Below, one piece after another: positions 1-9,498 of a DNA stretch of 32,000 nt; within the stretch, counting starts at the first letter, position 1, and each line of letters begins with the position of its first letter. The notes under the pieces are model-generated. The model did not search any database. It was given only the letters and a program-made list of their open reading frames with translations, and was not told where the DNA came from. The stretch comes from Psychrobacter sp. DM4 (GTDB taxonomy: Bacteria; Pseudomonadota; Gammaproteobacteria; Pseudomonadales; Moraxellaceae): positions 2,130,001-2,162,000 of the forward strand of contig NZ_CP195536.1 in assembly GCF_051307035.1 (NCBI RefSeq), written 5' to 3'. Position numbers and translations under genes: made by a program.

Positions 1-238
1 TAGCGAAGTAGTTATTCACCGCTACGCGCAGCTCTTCTTGCGAATGACTAAAACCATGCTTTTGACTTAAATGCTCATAAAGTTCGCTTAGTGAGGTTGA
101 CGGCTCAACCTTAATGATCTCTTCTTGACAATTAGCGGCGTCGGCTAGACTAGCAAAGTAGAGCACTTTAATGCTCATAGTAGTATTGACTTGGGTTGCT
201 GCTTTGCTTACTGGCTCGGTTTCTCTAATAACGCTCAT
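1..238 (-). CDS. moaD: MoaD, molybdopterin synthase sulfur-carrier subunit (N-terminal part; gene runs off the window start)
   Basis: Manual minus-strand translation; it is absent from the ORF track because there is no stop in the window. Sequence: MSIKVLYFASLADAANCQEEIIKVEPSTSLSELYEHLSQKHGFSHSQEELRVAVNNYFA..., a canonical MoaD-like N-terminus starting at ATG 178-176. In-frame ATGs at 241 and 238 lie just downstream of GGAG (248-245) and would add about 20 aa (MMSVIRETEPVSKAATQVNTT). ATG 178 has no Shine-Dalgarno. Position directly after moaC fits a moa operon. Confidence 0.75.
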   Translation of the reverse strand, partial: MSVIRETEPVSKAATQVNTTMSIKVLYFASLADAANCQEEIIKVEPSTSLSELYEHLSQKHGFSHSQEELRVAVNNYFA

Positions 239-312
239 CATATTCTCCATTTCTTTCAGACTATCGAGCTTTATGGTCGTAGCATTGTTGATTACTAAAA
301 AAAGGTACGGTG

Positions 313-834
313 CTACGCATGACTATACTCTGATTTGCCGCCCGTTTTGGTTATCAAGCGCACATTATCAATAACGATATCATGCGATATAGCTTTGGTC
401 ATGTCGTAGATAGTCAGACACGCCACGCTCACGGCTGTTAGTGCTTCCATCTCAACGCCCGTCTTGTGAGTAACTTTGACCGTAGCGCTAACGATGATAC
501 TGTTTAAACTATCATCATAGTCAAAGGTTAAACCGATTTTGTCGAGTGGTAATGGATGACATAGTGGTATCAAATCATGAGTACGCTTGGCGGCCATGAT
601 ACCGGCAATATGAGCGGTTTGAGTGATACTGCCCTTTTTGGTCATACCATCAGCGGCTTTTATTTGCTTGTAAATCTCGCTTGGAAATCGTACATGTCCG
701 GCCGCATTGGCCTCTCGCGTTGTGGCGGTCTTGCCACTGACATCAACCATAGTAATATCGCCGTCGCTATCTAGGTGCGATAATCCAGATTGGGTCGCAG
801 TATTTTGATTGTCTGTTTGGACGTTACTATTCAT
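313..834 (-). CDS. moaC: Cyclic pyranopterin monophosphate synthase MoaC
   Basis: 173 aa. Contains MVDVSGK..TREA..A and the IPLCHPL motif typical of MoaC. It has about 25 extra polar N-terminal residues. A 10-nt gap separates it from the mobA stop. Confidence 0.93.
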   Translation of the reverse strand: MNSNVQTDNQNTATQSGLSHLDSDGDITMVDVSGKTATTREANAAGHVRFPSEIYKQIKAADGMTKKGSITQTAHIAGIMAAKRTHDLIPLCHPLPLDKIGLTFDYDDSLNSIIVSATVKVTHKTGVEMEALTAVSVACLTIYDMTKAISHDIVIDNVRLITKTGGKSEYSHA

Positions 835-844
835 TGAATGTCTC

Positions 845-1576
845 TTACGTTTTTAGAGTGCTTAACGAGTCGTAGGCCTGTTTAAACTCATTAGGGGTAT
901 TAAAATTAGTCAAATGCTGCCAGTTTTTTGCCAAAAGTACAGGCTGTACAATAGGCTCGATAAATGACATGACTCGGCGCTGCCCGCTATCAATGTAAGC
1001 TTTTAGATCAGGCTCAAGGCTCAACTGATAAAGCCCTAACAATGGATATAAATGACTCTCATCAGTCAAACATATTACTTTTTTATCGGTTGACTGACTT
1101 ATTGAATGCTGTAGTTTCTGCCATAAGTCTGTAGCAGGTATCAAGCTATCGCAGCTCATAACCAACAGCCATGACTCATCATGTAACGGTGTGCACGGCT
1201 TTAAATTCGTCAAAGCCTGCAAAGCGGATTCAATAGCCACTAACGCGCCGCCCGTCTTAATCTTATCATCATTGTTTTGATCTTTATTATCAACACTATC
1301 GTAATCGGCAATATGAATAAGAGGTACGTGCAAGTCATGGATTCTCAAATCTGAATCAATGTTGAAGTTGCGACCATTATCAGCAATCATAATAGGCAGC
1401 GTGTACCCAATGTGAGACTTAGCCAAGTCTAGCGCCTGTCTAACATGATAATCTAGCACGCGCTCCTCTGTTGGTAACATAAGCTCCGCTTTAGGCGTGC
1501 CCATACGTTTGGATGCGCCGCCTGCTAAGATAACCACACCTGCCAAACGAGTTGAACGGTTTGTAGAGTCAGTCAT
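845..1576 (-). CDS. mobA: Molybdenum cofactor guanylyltransferase MobA (MGD branch)
   Basis: N-terminal ILAGGASKRMG nucleotide-binding motif. I moved the start from 1645 to ATG 1576-1574, which sits 1 nt after the moaB stop (TGA 1580-1578). The 23 upstream codons of the track ORF overlap moaB and look non-native. Contains an Asp/Asn-rich insertion (DSVDNKDQNNDDK). Confidence 0.85.
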   Translation of the reverse strand: MTDSTNRSTRLAGVVILAGGASKRMGTPKAELMLPTEERVLDYHVRQALDLAKSHIGYTLPIMIADNGRNFNIDSDLRIHDLHVPLIHIADYDSVDNKDQNNDDKIKTGGALVAIESALQALTNLKPCTPLHDESWLLVMSCDSLIPATDLWQKLQHSISQSTDKKVICLTDESHLYPLLGLYQLSLEPDLKAYIDSGQRRVMSFIEPIVQPVLLAKNWQHLTNFNTPNEFKQAYDSLSTLKT

Positions 1577-1577
1577 A

Positions 1578-2108
1578 TCAGTTATGAGTAGGATTTTGTG
1601 CCATAAAGTGCGGTACAAAATTACATGGACGCGTACGGCTATCAAGCTGCTCTTTTAAGATATTCTCCCAGCCTGTACGGCATGCACCTGATGAGCCTGG
1701 CAAACAAAAAATCCCGGTACTGTTTGCCATACCTGCAACCGCACGCGACTGTACCGTTGACATGCCGATCTCATCTTTTGAGATCAGACGGAACATCTCA
1801 CCAAAGCCATCAATCGATTTATCAAATAAGACGCTTACCGCTTCTGGCATACTGTCTCTGACAAAAAATCCTGTGCCGCCAGTGGTAATCACCGCATGCA
1901 CTTTTGGATCGGCAATCCAGCCACTAATCACCGCTCTAATCTGATAGATATCATCAGTAATGAGCTTGCGATCAGCCAAATTATGACCTGCCTCAGTTAA
2001 GCTATCTACTAAATACTGCCCTGAAGTATCCTCTGCCAGCGTGCGACTGTCAGAAACGGTTAAAATAGCAAGGTTAAGGGGGATAAACTGGGCAGCGGGT
2101 TTGCTCAT
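1578..2108 (-). CDS. moaB: Molybdenum cofactor biosynthesis protein B (MoaB/MogA family, MPT adenylyltransferase-type)
   Basis: 176 aa. Has the LAILTVSDSR and ITTGGTGF motifs of the MoaB/MogA fold. Confidence 0.9.
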   Translation of the reverse strand: MSKPAAQFIPLNLAILTVSDSRTLAEDTSGQYLVDSLTEAGHNLADRKLITDDIYQIRAVISGWIADPKVHAVITTGGTGFFVRDSMPEAVSVLFDKSIDGFGEMFRLISKDEIGMSTVQSRAVAGMANSTGIFCLPGSSGACRTGWENILKEQLDSRTRPCNFVPHFMAQNPTHN

Positions 2109-2161
2109 AGAGGTTCCTAATGAAATATAATTTTAATACTTTAAAAATGGGGCGACTGACT

Positions 2162-3265
2162 CTAACCACCGATAATCGATAAGTTATGCATGATGCCACT
2201 ATTAGAATCATGCAAATGATGATGCTCAGGTTTGATCGGCATAAAGCTATGTAAGGTATCGACTAAGCCTTGCACATCATTTGTTTGCAAGTACTGACGG
2301 ATATCATAGCTGCCTTGGTCAAATAAGCACAGATGTATACGGCCTTGGCTACTGACCCGCAAGCGATTGCAAGTATCACAAAAGTGCGCCGCATAAGGAG
2401 CGATCATACCGATGCGACCTCTATAATCTGGATGGCTATACTCAACCGCTGGGCCATCGCTACTGCCCCGTTCGTGGGGTTGCCAGCCCTGTTCTAGCAA
2501 GTAATCGATGATAATATCAGACTGCGCGTGCTGGGCAAAAAACAGATCACTATTATCACTAGTCTGCATAAATTCTATAAAGCGATAAGTGACGGGCCTA
2601 TCTTTAACATAGTCGATAGCGGTTATCAGGTTTTCAAAAGCCGTCTCCGCCATCAACACACTGTTTATCTTGAGTTTGATATCTGTAGTGTCTAATAAGG
2701 TATCCATATCTGTCATCAATTGAGGCAAAGTATCAAAGCCTGTCATCTTATGAAAGGTAGCCGCATCAAAACTGTCCATGCTGATGTTGAGCTGATCAAG
2801 TCCAGCGGCTTGCCAACTGGCCAAATGCTTACCAAGTTTGTAGCCGTTACTAGTCATGGCTACCGTTTCTATACCAGCGGTGTTCTTAATAGTTTGGATA
2901 ATCTCGACAACATCACGGCGAATGGAGGGTTCACCGCCTGTGATTCTCACCTTTTTGGTGCCAACTTGGGCAAAGCTGCGAATAAGCGTGGCAATCTCAG
3001 GAATGCTAAGCTCATCGTCAGGGCGCTTACCTTGATAGCCATTAGGTAGACAATACTCACAGCGAAAGTTACAAAAATCAGTAATCGATAGCCGCAAGTA
3101 AGTCAAACGACGGGCAAAACCATCTGTTAAAGGCTGGTGGCTCTTAGTTGAATGATCAGTAACAGCAGGCACAGCGACAAACGACATCCCAGAGCTATCA
3201 GCTCCAGCGAGTGCTGCCGGCGAATACAGTTGAGCACTGTCTTTGTTCAGAGTATCGTCATTCAT
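2162..3265 (-). CDS. moaA: GTP 3',8-cyclase MoaA (radical SAM)
   Basis: CNFRCEYC radical-SAM cluster motif. C-terminal second-cluster cysteines (CDTCNRLRVSSQGRIHLC) and a terminal GG. If ATG 3265 is the start there is an N-terminal extension of about 45 aa relative to E. coli MoaA (from memory); an alternative in-frame ATG is at 3187. Confidence 0.92.
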   Translation of the reverse strand: MNDDTLNKDSAQLYSPAALAGADSSGMSFVAVPAVTDHSTKSHQPLTDGFARRLTYLRLSITDFCNFRCEYCLPNGYQGKRPDDELSIPEIATLIRSFAQVGTKKVRITGGEPSIRRDVVEIIQTIKNTAGIETVAMTSNGYKLGKHLASWQAAGLDQLNISMDSFDAATFHKMTGFDTLPQLMTDMDTLLDTTDIKLKINSVLMAETAFENLITAIDYVKDRPVTYRFIEFMQTSDNSDLFFAQHAQSDIIIDYLLEQGWQPHERGSSDGPAVEYSHPDYRGRIGMIAPYAAHFCDTCNRLRVSSQGRIHLCLFDQGSYDIRQYLQTNDVQGLVDTLHSFMPIKPEHHHLHDSNSGIMHNLSIIGG

Positions 3266-3407
3266 AATTTACTGCCATTGGTATTGCTAGTTGTAAGCGC
3301 TACTTGCACTTATCGTCTATCGCTCTATTGTAACGCTTGCCCGCAACTTTTCTTGTAGTGATCTTTAAGTGAATTGGCAAACGTAAAATTAATTGTTCAA
3401 CCAATAA

Positions 3408-4715
3408 TTAGCTATGTAACCAAGGAAAAGGTTGTACGATTACTGTACTATTTGCTGCCACATCGCCACTGTCCTTATCTAATACAATAAAACAGTTGGC
3501 AAGGCTTAGCTGTTTTATTCTATGAGACTGCTGCCTTGAGAAACACTCCACCTGATACTCGCCTGCCGCGCTTTGCGTCAATACGCCGCGCTGAAAGTCT
3601 TTGCGACCGACAGATTTTTTGATGTCATTAGTGAGCGTAGCTTTGACGTTTATTTGCATCGGTTGCTCAGCTAAGCTCGCACCTGACATCTGCCACAGCG
3701 CTGGTATCACAAACTGTAGAGCCCCAACGACCGTGGATAGTGGATTACCAGGCAGACCAAAGTATAATACGGGCTTGTCTAACTGTTTGTTTAATTCGCC
3801 AAGTAACTCACCAAACACGAAGGGCTTACCAGGTTTCATCGCTACTTTATAGTGATTAATCTGCCCAAGCTGCTCAATAACTGTCGTCAAAAAATCATAA
3901 TCACCCACCGATACGCCAGCGGTTGAGATCAGTACATCACAGTCTTGCATGGCCTCATTAACCGCAGCAGTCGTCTTATCTAAATTATCAGGAATGATGC
4001 CGTAATCGCGAATAGTAATCGGTAAGTCTGCCAGTAAAGTTTTTAGCGTTAGTGTATTGGAGTTGTATATTTGCGCCAGACTGGTCAGCTCATTACCAAT
4101 AGCCACGAGCTCATCACCAGTTGCGAGCAAACCTATGATAAGTGGCTCAAAAACCTTGACGTGACTGATACCTAAGTTTGCAAGCAGGCTAATATCAGTA
4201 GGGTTAATGCGCTTACCGACTCTCAAGACGGCTTCACCTGACTCGATCTCTTCGCCTTGTTTGCGAATATTGCTATCGATCTGAGCCGTTTGCGACAGCG
4301 TAATAGTATAAGGCTTTGACTTATCAAGCATGTCTTTTATTGCTGTAAAGTTCGTATTCTCTTGCATAATGACCGTATCACAGCTATCAGGTACGACCGC
4401 GCCTGTAAAAATACGTACGCCCTGTCCCGCCGCTAACTTGCCATTATATGCGCTGCCCGCTTGTGACTCGCCCACGATTTCTATAGTACTGTCTGTCGAT
4501 ATTATGCTGTCTTGTACGATAGCATATCCATCCATCGCAGATACGTTTTGTCTTGGCACATCAAAAGGCGAGCTAATATCTTGTGCTAGTATTTGATTGC
4601 GGCTGTCTTGCAAAGCGCAAGTTTTAATGGCTCTTTGTTGTAGAGCAAAATCGTTGTTATTATAACCCTCTACGCGCTGTTTTATTGCTGACTGTAAGGC
4701 TTCCATAGTAATCAT
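3408..4715 (-). CDS. moeA: Molybdopterin molybdenumtransferase MoeA
   Basis: 435 aa. Has the ATGDEL, GVSVGDYDF and MKPGKP motifs of MoeA/gephyrin E-domain proteins. Confidence 0.92.
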   Translation of the reverse strand: MITMEALQSAIKQRVEGYNNNDFALQQRAIKTCALQDSRNQILAQDISSPFDVPRQNVSAMDGYAIVQDSIISTDSTIEIVGESQAGSAYNGKLAAGQGVRIFTGAVVPDSCDTVIMQENTNFTAIKDMLDKSKPYTITLSQTAQIDSNIRKQGEEIESGEAVLRVGKRINPTDISLLANLGISHVKVFEPLIIGLLATGDELVAIGNELTSLAQIYNSNTLTLKTLLADLPITIRDYGIIPDNLDKTTAAVNEAMQDCDVLISTAGVSVGDYDFLTTVIEQLGQINHYKVAMKPGKPFVFGELLGELNKQLDKPVLYFGLPGNPLSTVVGALQFVIPALWQMSGASLAEQPMQINVKATLTNDIKKSVGRKDFQRGVLTQSAAGEYQVECFSRQQSHRIKQLSLANCFIVLDKDSGDVAANSTVIVQPFPWLHS

Positions 4716-4793
4716 AATGCGTTACTCTTTTTTATTTATAGCATTAAACTCATAGTATTAAACGTCAAAAATGCGATATAAAACCACTTTGTA

Positions 4794-5537
4794 CTAACTA
4801 TCAATCCATCTTTGCGCTCTAGCATGAGCGAGTTGGTAAGGCGTGTCAATGTCATAGCTAAGCTGCTGGTTGTTCACTCTGCTGATTTGATTAGCTGGCA
4901 GTCCTCTAATTAGGTGACGTAACCCTTTATCCCCTGTTAATAGTGCTTGCCATTTATTTAGCAGTTCATGATCAATGACTAGCGGCAATCCGACGATATC
5001 TTTATTAGAGGTATTAGTAGCAATTTTCTCATCCAAATCTTGCTTATTGCTCAAGTTGCTTAGACTGCTGTAACTGCTGGCAACTACCCTCTGCGACCCT
5101 GCCAGCAAAGCTTGTAGATGTTCTTTATCAAGAAGCACTTGATCAACGCCCATAATCAATACTCGATTGATTAATAAATTATCACAGCTATCGACACTAA
5201 CCAAACGGCTTAACGCCTCAACACCTAAATACAAGCTATGCGCCATACCCGTTTTGGGTGTTGGATTCGTAACCGTGTGAATAATGGCATGCTGAGTAGA
5301 TAACTCGGTAATCGCACTGACTATTAATGAATTACCCTCAGGAAGAACAATTATAGTGGCTTCTGGCTGGGTCACTAAAGCAAGCTTAGTCATATAGCAG
5401 ATTAAGAGTTCGCCCTCCTTTTTAAGTAACTGTTTTGCTTGACCTAAACGCTGACTCAGACCACTTGCTAGAATAATAACGGCATGGTTTTGCGCTTGTA
5501 AGTCGTTAAGCGCTGACATGGATTGGCTAGCAGTCAT
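4794..5537 (-). CDS. MobA-like nucleotidyltransferase, probable molybdenum cofactor cytidylyltransferase (MocA-like, MCD branch)
   Basis: N-terminal IILASGLSQRLG motif (MobA-like NTP transferase fold). Its start overlaps the xdhC stop by 4 nt (5534-5537). The position next to XdhC and a PaoABC-type enzyme matches the MocA role. The specific CTP preference is an inference. Confidence 0.7.
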   Translation of the reverse strand: MTASQSMSALNDLQAQNHAVIILASGLSQRLGQAKQLLKKEGELLICYMTKLALVTQPEATIIVLPEGNSLIVSAITELSTQHAIIHTVTNPTPKTGMAHSLYLGVEALSRLVSVDSCDNLLINRVLIMGVDQVLLDKEHLQALLAGSQRVVASSYSSLSNLSNKQDLDEKIATNTSNKDIVGLPLVIDHELLNKWQALLTGDKGLRHLIRGLPANQISRVNNQQLSYDIDTPYQLAHARAQRWIDS

Positions 5538-6895
5538 AAACCGCTCATCGCAGAATCAATCCTCTGAGCTGCCGTATTTAAAAGCTTATCTTTAGGACTT
5601 TGACTTTCTAGCCACTTTGCTGGTGATAAGGCATCTGGCTGTACCTGATTATGCATAACCGCGTTAATCTGCGCCACAATACCTAACGCTAAAGCTTCGG
5701 GCCCATCACCACCAAGTTTATAGCCGATAGGATACTGTAGCTTATCGACACCCTCGTTTAAGACAGTAGCATCAGATTTAGTAGCGCTGATCTCATCAAT
5801 CAGGCGCTCGGTACGATAGCGCGGGCCCAATTGTCCAAGATACTTATAATAATTGGCATGTTCTAGTAATACAGCAAGGCGAGCGCGATCTTGACTGAGG
5901 CTATGCGACATCAAAGCAACGGCAGCGTTGCTACTGAGCTTTAGCAAAGTTTCGGTATCTTCCAACGCGAGCGGCATGACGTCATCCGCTTGCGGGAAAC
6001 GCATACGCGTGGCATATTGCGCGCGACTGTCTACGACAGTAACATGCCAATCTTGCAACTTTGCCATAGTGACTAGCGGCATGACATCATTACCTGCCCC
6101 GCAAATCAGCAAACGGATTTGGGGCTCCAATCGTTGTACTAGCCACTCTGTGGTTGAATGAATATTGTCATCATCTTTTACGACCACGTATTCGGCATTT
6201 TTATTATCCAGTTTATGCTGCGTTAATTTTTTAGCAGTATAGATAAGTGCGCTTCGTTCACTAGACTGTGTTTGATCTGAGTTACTATTGGTAATGGCGC
6301 TATCGGTACCAAGGGCTGTTACTTGTCCCAACTGACTATAATCATCTAAGTGAATTCGCATACCAATTCGCATTTGACGATCGTAAGAGTTAGCGGTATG
6401 AATTAATGTAGCTATCGTGACAGGGTGCTGCGTATGTCGAACTTGATGAATGATATTTAAAAGCGCTGTCACCGTGGTCAAACGCTCAAACAATACGTGC
6501 ACACGTCCATTACAACCCAAGCCAAAATTTAACTCGTCTAAACTGTTATCATAGTCGTCCTCTAAATCTACTTCTAAAGAGTCTATTTGAGCGGTTCTAT
6601 CACTAGTAGGAGTGCGCGCTTTACCATTGGCAATGTATTCAATATCATCGCCTGTTTGATAGACTTGCACGTTAGCACCATTACGAGTCAGCCAAAAGGC
6701 ACGTTTGATAATATGTGGTTCAAGGCAGCCACCACTAATCATCCCAACCGAACGTCCATCCTCGCATATAAGCATCATAGCACCAGCACGGCGATATGCT
6801 GAGCCTTCAGTGCGGACGACCGTTGCCAATACAGCATCAACGTTTTGACTCTGAGCATCATTGGCTAATTTAAGAATGTCAGCGATTTGATTCAT
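5534..6895 (-). CDS. XdhC/CoxI-family molybdenum cofactor insertion chaperone
   Basis: N-terminal XdhC/CoxI domain (VVRTEGSAYRRAGAMM, GGCLEP) plus a C-terminal Rossmann-like domain (LLICGAGNDVMPL). I prefer ATG 6895 (preceded by AGAGG) over the track's TTG at 6922. Has a long polar insertion in the middle. Confidence 0.85.
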   Translation of the reverse strand: MNQIADILKLANDAQSQNVDAVLATVVRTEGSAYRRAGAMMLICEDGRSVGMISGGCLEPHIIKRAFWLTRNGANVQVYQTGDDIEYIANGKARTPTSDRTAQIDSLEVDLEDDYDNSLDELNFGLGCNGRVHVLFERLTTVTALLNIIHQVRHTQHPVTIATLIHTANSYDRQMRIGMRIHLDDYSQLGQVTALGTDSAITNSNSDQTQSSERSALIYTAKKLTQHKLDNKNAEYVVVKDDDNIHSTTEWLVQRLEPQIRLLICGAGNDVMPLVTMAKLQDWHVTVVDSRAQYATRMRFPQADDVMPLALEDTETLLKLSSNAAVALMSHSLSQDRARLAVLLEHANYYKYLGQLGPRYRTERLIDEISATKSDATVLNEGVDKLQYPIGYKLGGDGPEALALGIVAQINAVMHNQVQPDALSPAKWLESQSPKDKLLNTAAQRIDSAMSGL

Positions 6896-6971
6896 AGCGC
6901 CTCTAATTTGATACGTATACAAAATATTTGAATAAATAGATAAATATTTATATTTGGAATATTTAGGAGGT

Positions 6972-7000
6972 AAAAACCCGCGACTTAGGCGGGTTTTTTT
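6972..7000 (-). terminator. Intrinsic terminator/attenuator between the large oxidoreductase subunit gene and xdhC
   Basis: Hairpin AACCCGC-gacttag-GCGGGTT, flanked by an A5 run on one side and a T7 run on the other, so it is usable on either strand. On the minus (coding) strand the stem is followed by UUUUUA. Confidence 0.6.
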
Positions 7001-7021
7001 GTATAAACAAAATTTAAAAAA

Positions 7022-9496
7022 CTACTCTGGCATTTCAGCGAGCAATTTATCTAAGGTAATCGGAAAGTCGTACACTCGCACGCCAACCGCATTATAGACC
7101 GCATTGGCAATAGCAGCAGCAGCGCCTGCGATAGCGGTCTCGCCTATACCTTTGATGTGCATCGGATTGGTATACGGATCATCCTCTTCTACCAAAATAA
7201 CCTCAAGCTGCGGGACATCGGCATTGACGGGTACGTGATACTCAGCAAGGTCATGATTGCATAATCGACCATCGCGTTTGTCATGAATGACCTCTTCCAT
7301 CAGTGCCGAACCGATACCAAACACCATACCGCCGTAGCACTGTGAGGTTGCAGTTTTTTCGTTAAGAATGCGACCTGCAGCGAATGCGCCTGTCATACGC
7401 TTGACACGAATCTCACCTGTGACTTTATGTACTGCGACTTCAGCGAAGTTGGCACCAAACGAAGACTGGCGATATTTTTTACCATTTTTACCAGGTTTGA
7501 TTTGACCTTTAGCACTGACTTTTTGATCATCATATTTAGCGATAATCTCTGCCAAGGCATAAGACTGAGAGTTGTCAAAATCAAGTTCTTCTGCCTTAGA
7601 TTTTGGAATTGGTAAGCCCGTCTTTTCAGCCACTCTATCTGCTAACTCGGTTGCTTTTTCTACCAAACCAGACACTTTTTTAACTAAACCTTCAGCTTTC
7701 TCCTTACCCATTTCAAGAGCAGCATCAAGAGCGATTTCTGTCATGCTAGGCTCATGCTCGCCCACTTGCTTGATTTGACCATGATCAAACTGAATATTAT
7801 CAGGATAAAGACCAACCTTATCTGCAATAATCTCACGCAGTTGCTGACAGGCTAAGTATACACCGCTACCTGCACTAGCAGCGCCCCAACTGCCACCTGA
7901 GCCTGATGCAGCAGGTAGATCACTATCGCCTAACTTCATCTCAATATGATCGATAGGTAGCCCTAGCAAATCAGCAGCAATTTGGGAGAATACTGTATAA
8001 GAACCAGTACCAATATCAGTCATATCAGTTTCGATGATGGCTTTTACACCAAGCGCTTTGGAGTTGTCCACCTGTAATGTGGCACGAGCTTCTGATGGCT
8101 GTAATTGGTTACCGCGAGCAGCCGCAGCCATGCCCATACCCATCCACCAATCGCCCTCTAAACGACTGGCAGGAGTAGCATCGCGCTCATCCCAACCAAA
8201 CTGCTTGGCACCTTGCTCCATACAAGCGATAAGCTTACGCGATGAGAATGGAATGTCTTGGCTTGGATCTTTTTGAGGTTCGTTGCGGCGGCGAAGCTCA
8301 ACGGGGTCTAAATTGAGCTTTTCTGCTAACTCATCCATCGCACATTCAACGGCGATCATACCAACAGCCTCGCCAGGCGCACGCATAGAGCCGGATAATA
8401 CTTGGTTCATATCTACTTTTTTGTAATGTACGCGGCGATTCTCACCGCGATACATATAGTGGGTTGAGAGTGCGGCTGGCTCAAAAAAGGCTTCTTCTGG
8501 CAAATTGCTAGAGACGGTCTCATGAATCATCGTATCTATAATGCCATCGTCACTGCAACCAATAGCAATGCGCTGACGCGTGTTCGAGCGTCTAATTGTC
8601 GCCTCCATCACTTGCGGGCGCGTCATCGTAATCAGTACGGGACGACCCAATTCTTTAGCAGCTAGGGCTGCGGCTATCGATTCAGGTGAGATACCAAGTT
8701 TGCTCCCAAATCCGCCACCCACGTAATAAGCAATGAGTTGCACCTGATCTTTCTTTAGATCTAGAGCATCCATAACCTGTTGCTTGCAAGAGGCAAGCAT
8801 CTGATTAGCCGTATGTAAAACAAGCTTATCACCCTCCCAATGTGCCAATGTAGCATGCGGCTCCATCGCTGAGCTGTTTTGGCTTGGCGTATGATAGAGG
8901 CGATCAACGGTCACCGCAGCATCCTTGAGACTCTGCTCCGGTTTACCTTGTTCTACGTTTTTGTCTGAGCCACCACTTTCATCGACCTCGTGAGCCTCTG
9001 ATAACTCAGCAGTAAAATCTAATGCTGCCTGATCAGTCTCATCTTCATAGATGACTTTAATAGCATTTGCGCCCTCTCTTGCCGCCTCGAAAGTTTCAGC
9101 AATGACGACAGCTATGGGCTGACCATGATAGAGAATTTCGCTAACGCCCTGCGTTGGTGCTTGAGTTGCACCGCCCTGCTGGGCATTACGCAAAAACTGC
9201 TCAGGCTCAGTGACTACTTTGATAATATTAGGAATATTATCTAGTGCGCTACTGTCTATCTTTTTGACGCGACCCTTGGCAATTGTTGCACTGACCAATA
9301 CGCCGTAAGCTTGATTCTCCAGCTGAATCTCGGCGCTATAAGCGGCCTGACCGCTCACCTTTAGTGAGCCATCAACGCGATCAATAGGTTTGCCTACCAA
9401 TTTGCTCGCTGTAGTATCGAACAAGGTATCGACAGGCTCATCCATCGTCATTTTTTTGGTCGATTCTGATGGTAGTACTGAGTCCAATAATGACAT
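7022..9496 (-). CDS. Xanthine dehydrogenase-family molybdopterin-binding large subunit (PaoC/YagR-like aldehyde oxidoreductase)
   Basis: 824 aa with aldehyde oxidase/XDH hammerhead and Moco-binding domains. The C-terminus GVRVYDFPITLDKLLAEMPE closely parallels the E. coli PaoC C-terminus (from memory). It follows the FAD and 2Fe-2S subunit genes. Confidence 0.9.
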   Translation of the reverse strand: MSLLDSVLPSESTKKMTMDEPVDTLFDTTASKLVGKPIDRVDGSLKVSGQAAYSAEIQLENQAYGVLVSATIAKGRVKKIDSSALDNIPNIIKVVTEPEQFLRNAQQGGATQAPTQGVSEILYHGQPIAVVIAETFEAAREGANAIKVIYEDETDQAALDFTAELSEAHEVDESGGSDKNVEQGKPEQSLKDAAVTVDRLYHTPSQNSSAMEPHATLAHWEGDKLVLHTANQMLASCKQQVMDALDLKKDQVQLIAYYVGGGFGSKLGISPESIAAALAAKELGRPVLITMTRPQVMEATIRRSNTRQRIAIGCSDDGIIDTMIHETVSSNLPEEAFFEPAALSTHYMYRGENRRVHYKKVDMNQVLSGSMRAPGEAVGMIAVECAMDELAEKLNLDPVELRRRNEPQKDPSQDIPFSSRKLIACMEQGAKQFGWDERDATPASRLEGDWWMGMGMAAAARGNQLQPSEARATLQVDNSKALGVKAIIETDMTDIGTGSYTVFSQIAADLLGLPIDHIEMKLGDSDLPAASGSGGSWGAASAGSGVYLACQQLREIIADKVGLYPDNIQFDHGQIKQVGEHEPSMTEIALDAALEMGKEKAEGLVKKVSGLVEKATELADRVAEKTGLPIPKSKAEELDFDNSQSYALAEIIAKYDDQKVSAKGQIKPGKNGKKYRQSSFGANFAEVAVHKVTGEIRVKRMTGAFAAGRILNEKTATSQCYGGMVFGIGSALMEEVIHDKRDGRLCNHDLAEYHVPVNADVPQLEVILVEEDDPYTNPMHIKGIGETAIAGAAAAIANAVYNAVGVRVYDFPITLDKLLAEMPE

Positions 9497-9498
9497 GA

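Noticed and set aside
171-374. 67-aa plus-strand ORF spanning the moaC-moaD junction
   Set aside because: It is antisense to the moaD 5' end and the moaC 3' end. The hydrophobic sequence is the expected artefact of reading the reverse strand, and the region is better explained by the moa operon.
3266-3407. Looked for a Moco riboswitch (moaA-motif RNA) upstream of moaA. I also looked upstream of the paoA-like gene (11121-11501) and the ydeP-like gene (15001-15236).
   Set aside because: These leaders are AT-rich and lack the GC-rich conserved stems and the CCUCCGAG-like core that I recall for the motif. A covariance-model scan (Rfam RF01055) would be the decisive check.
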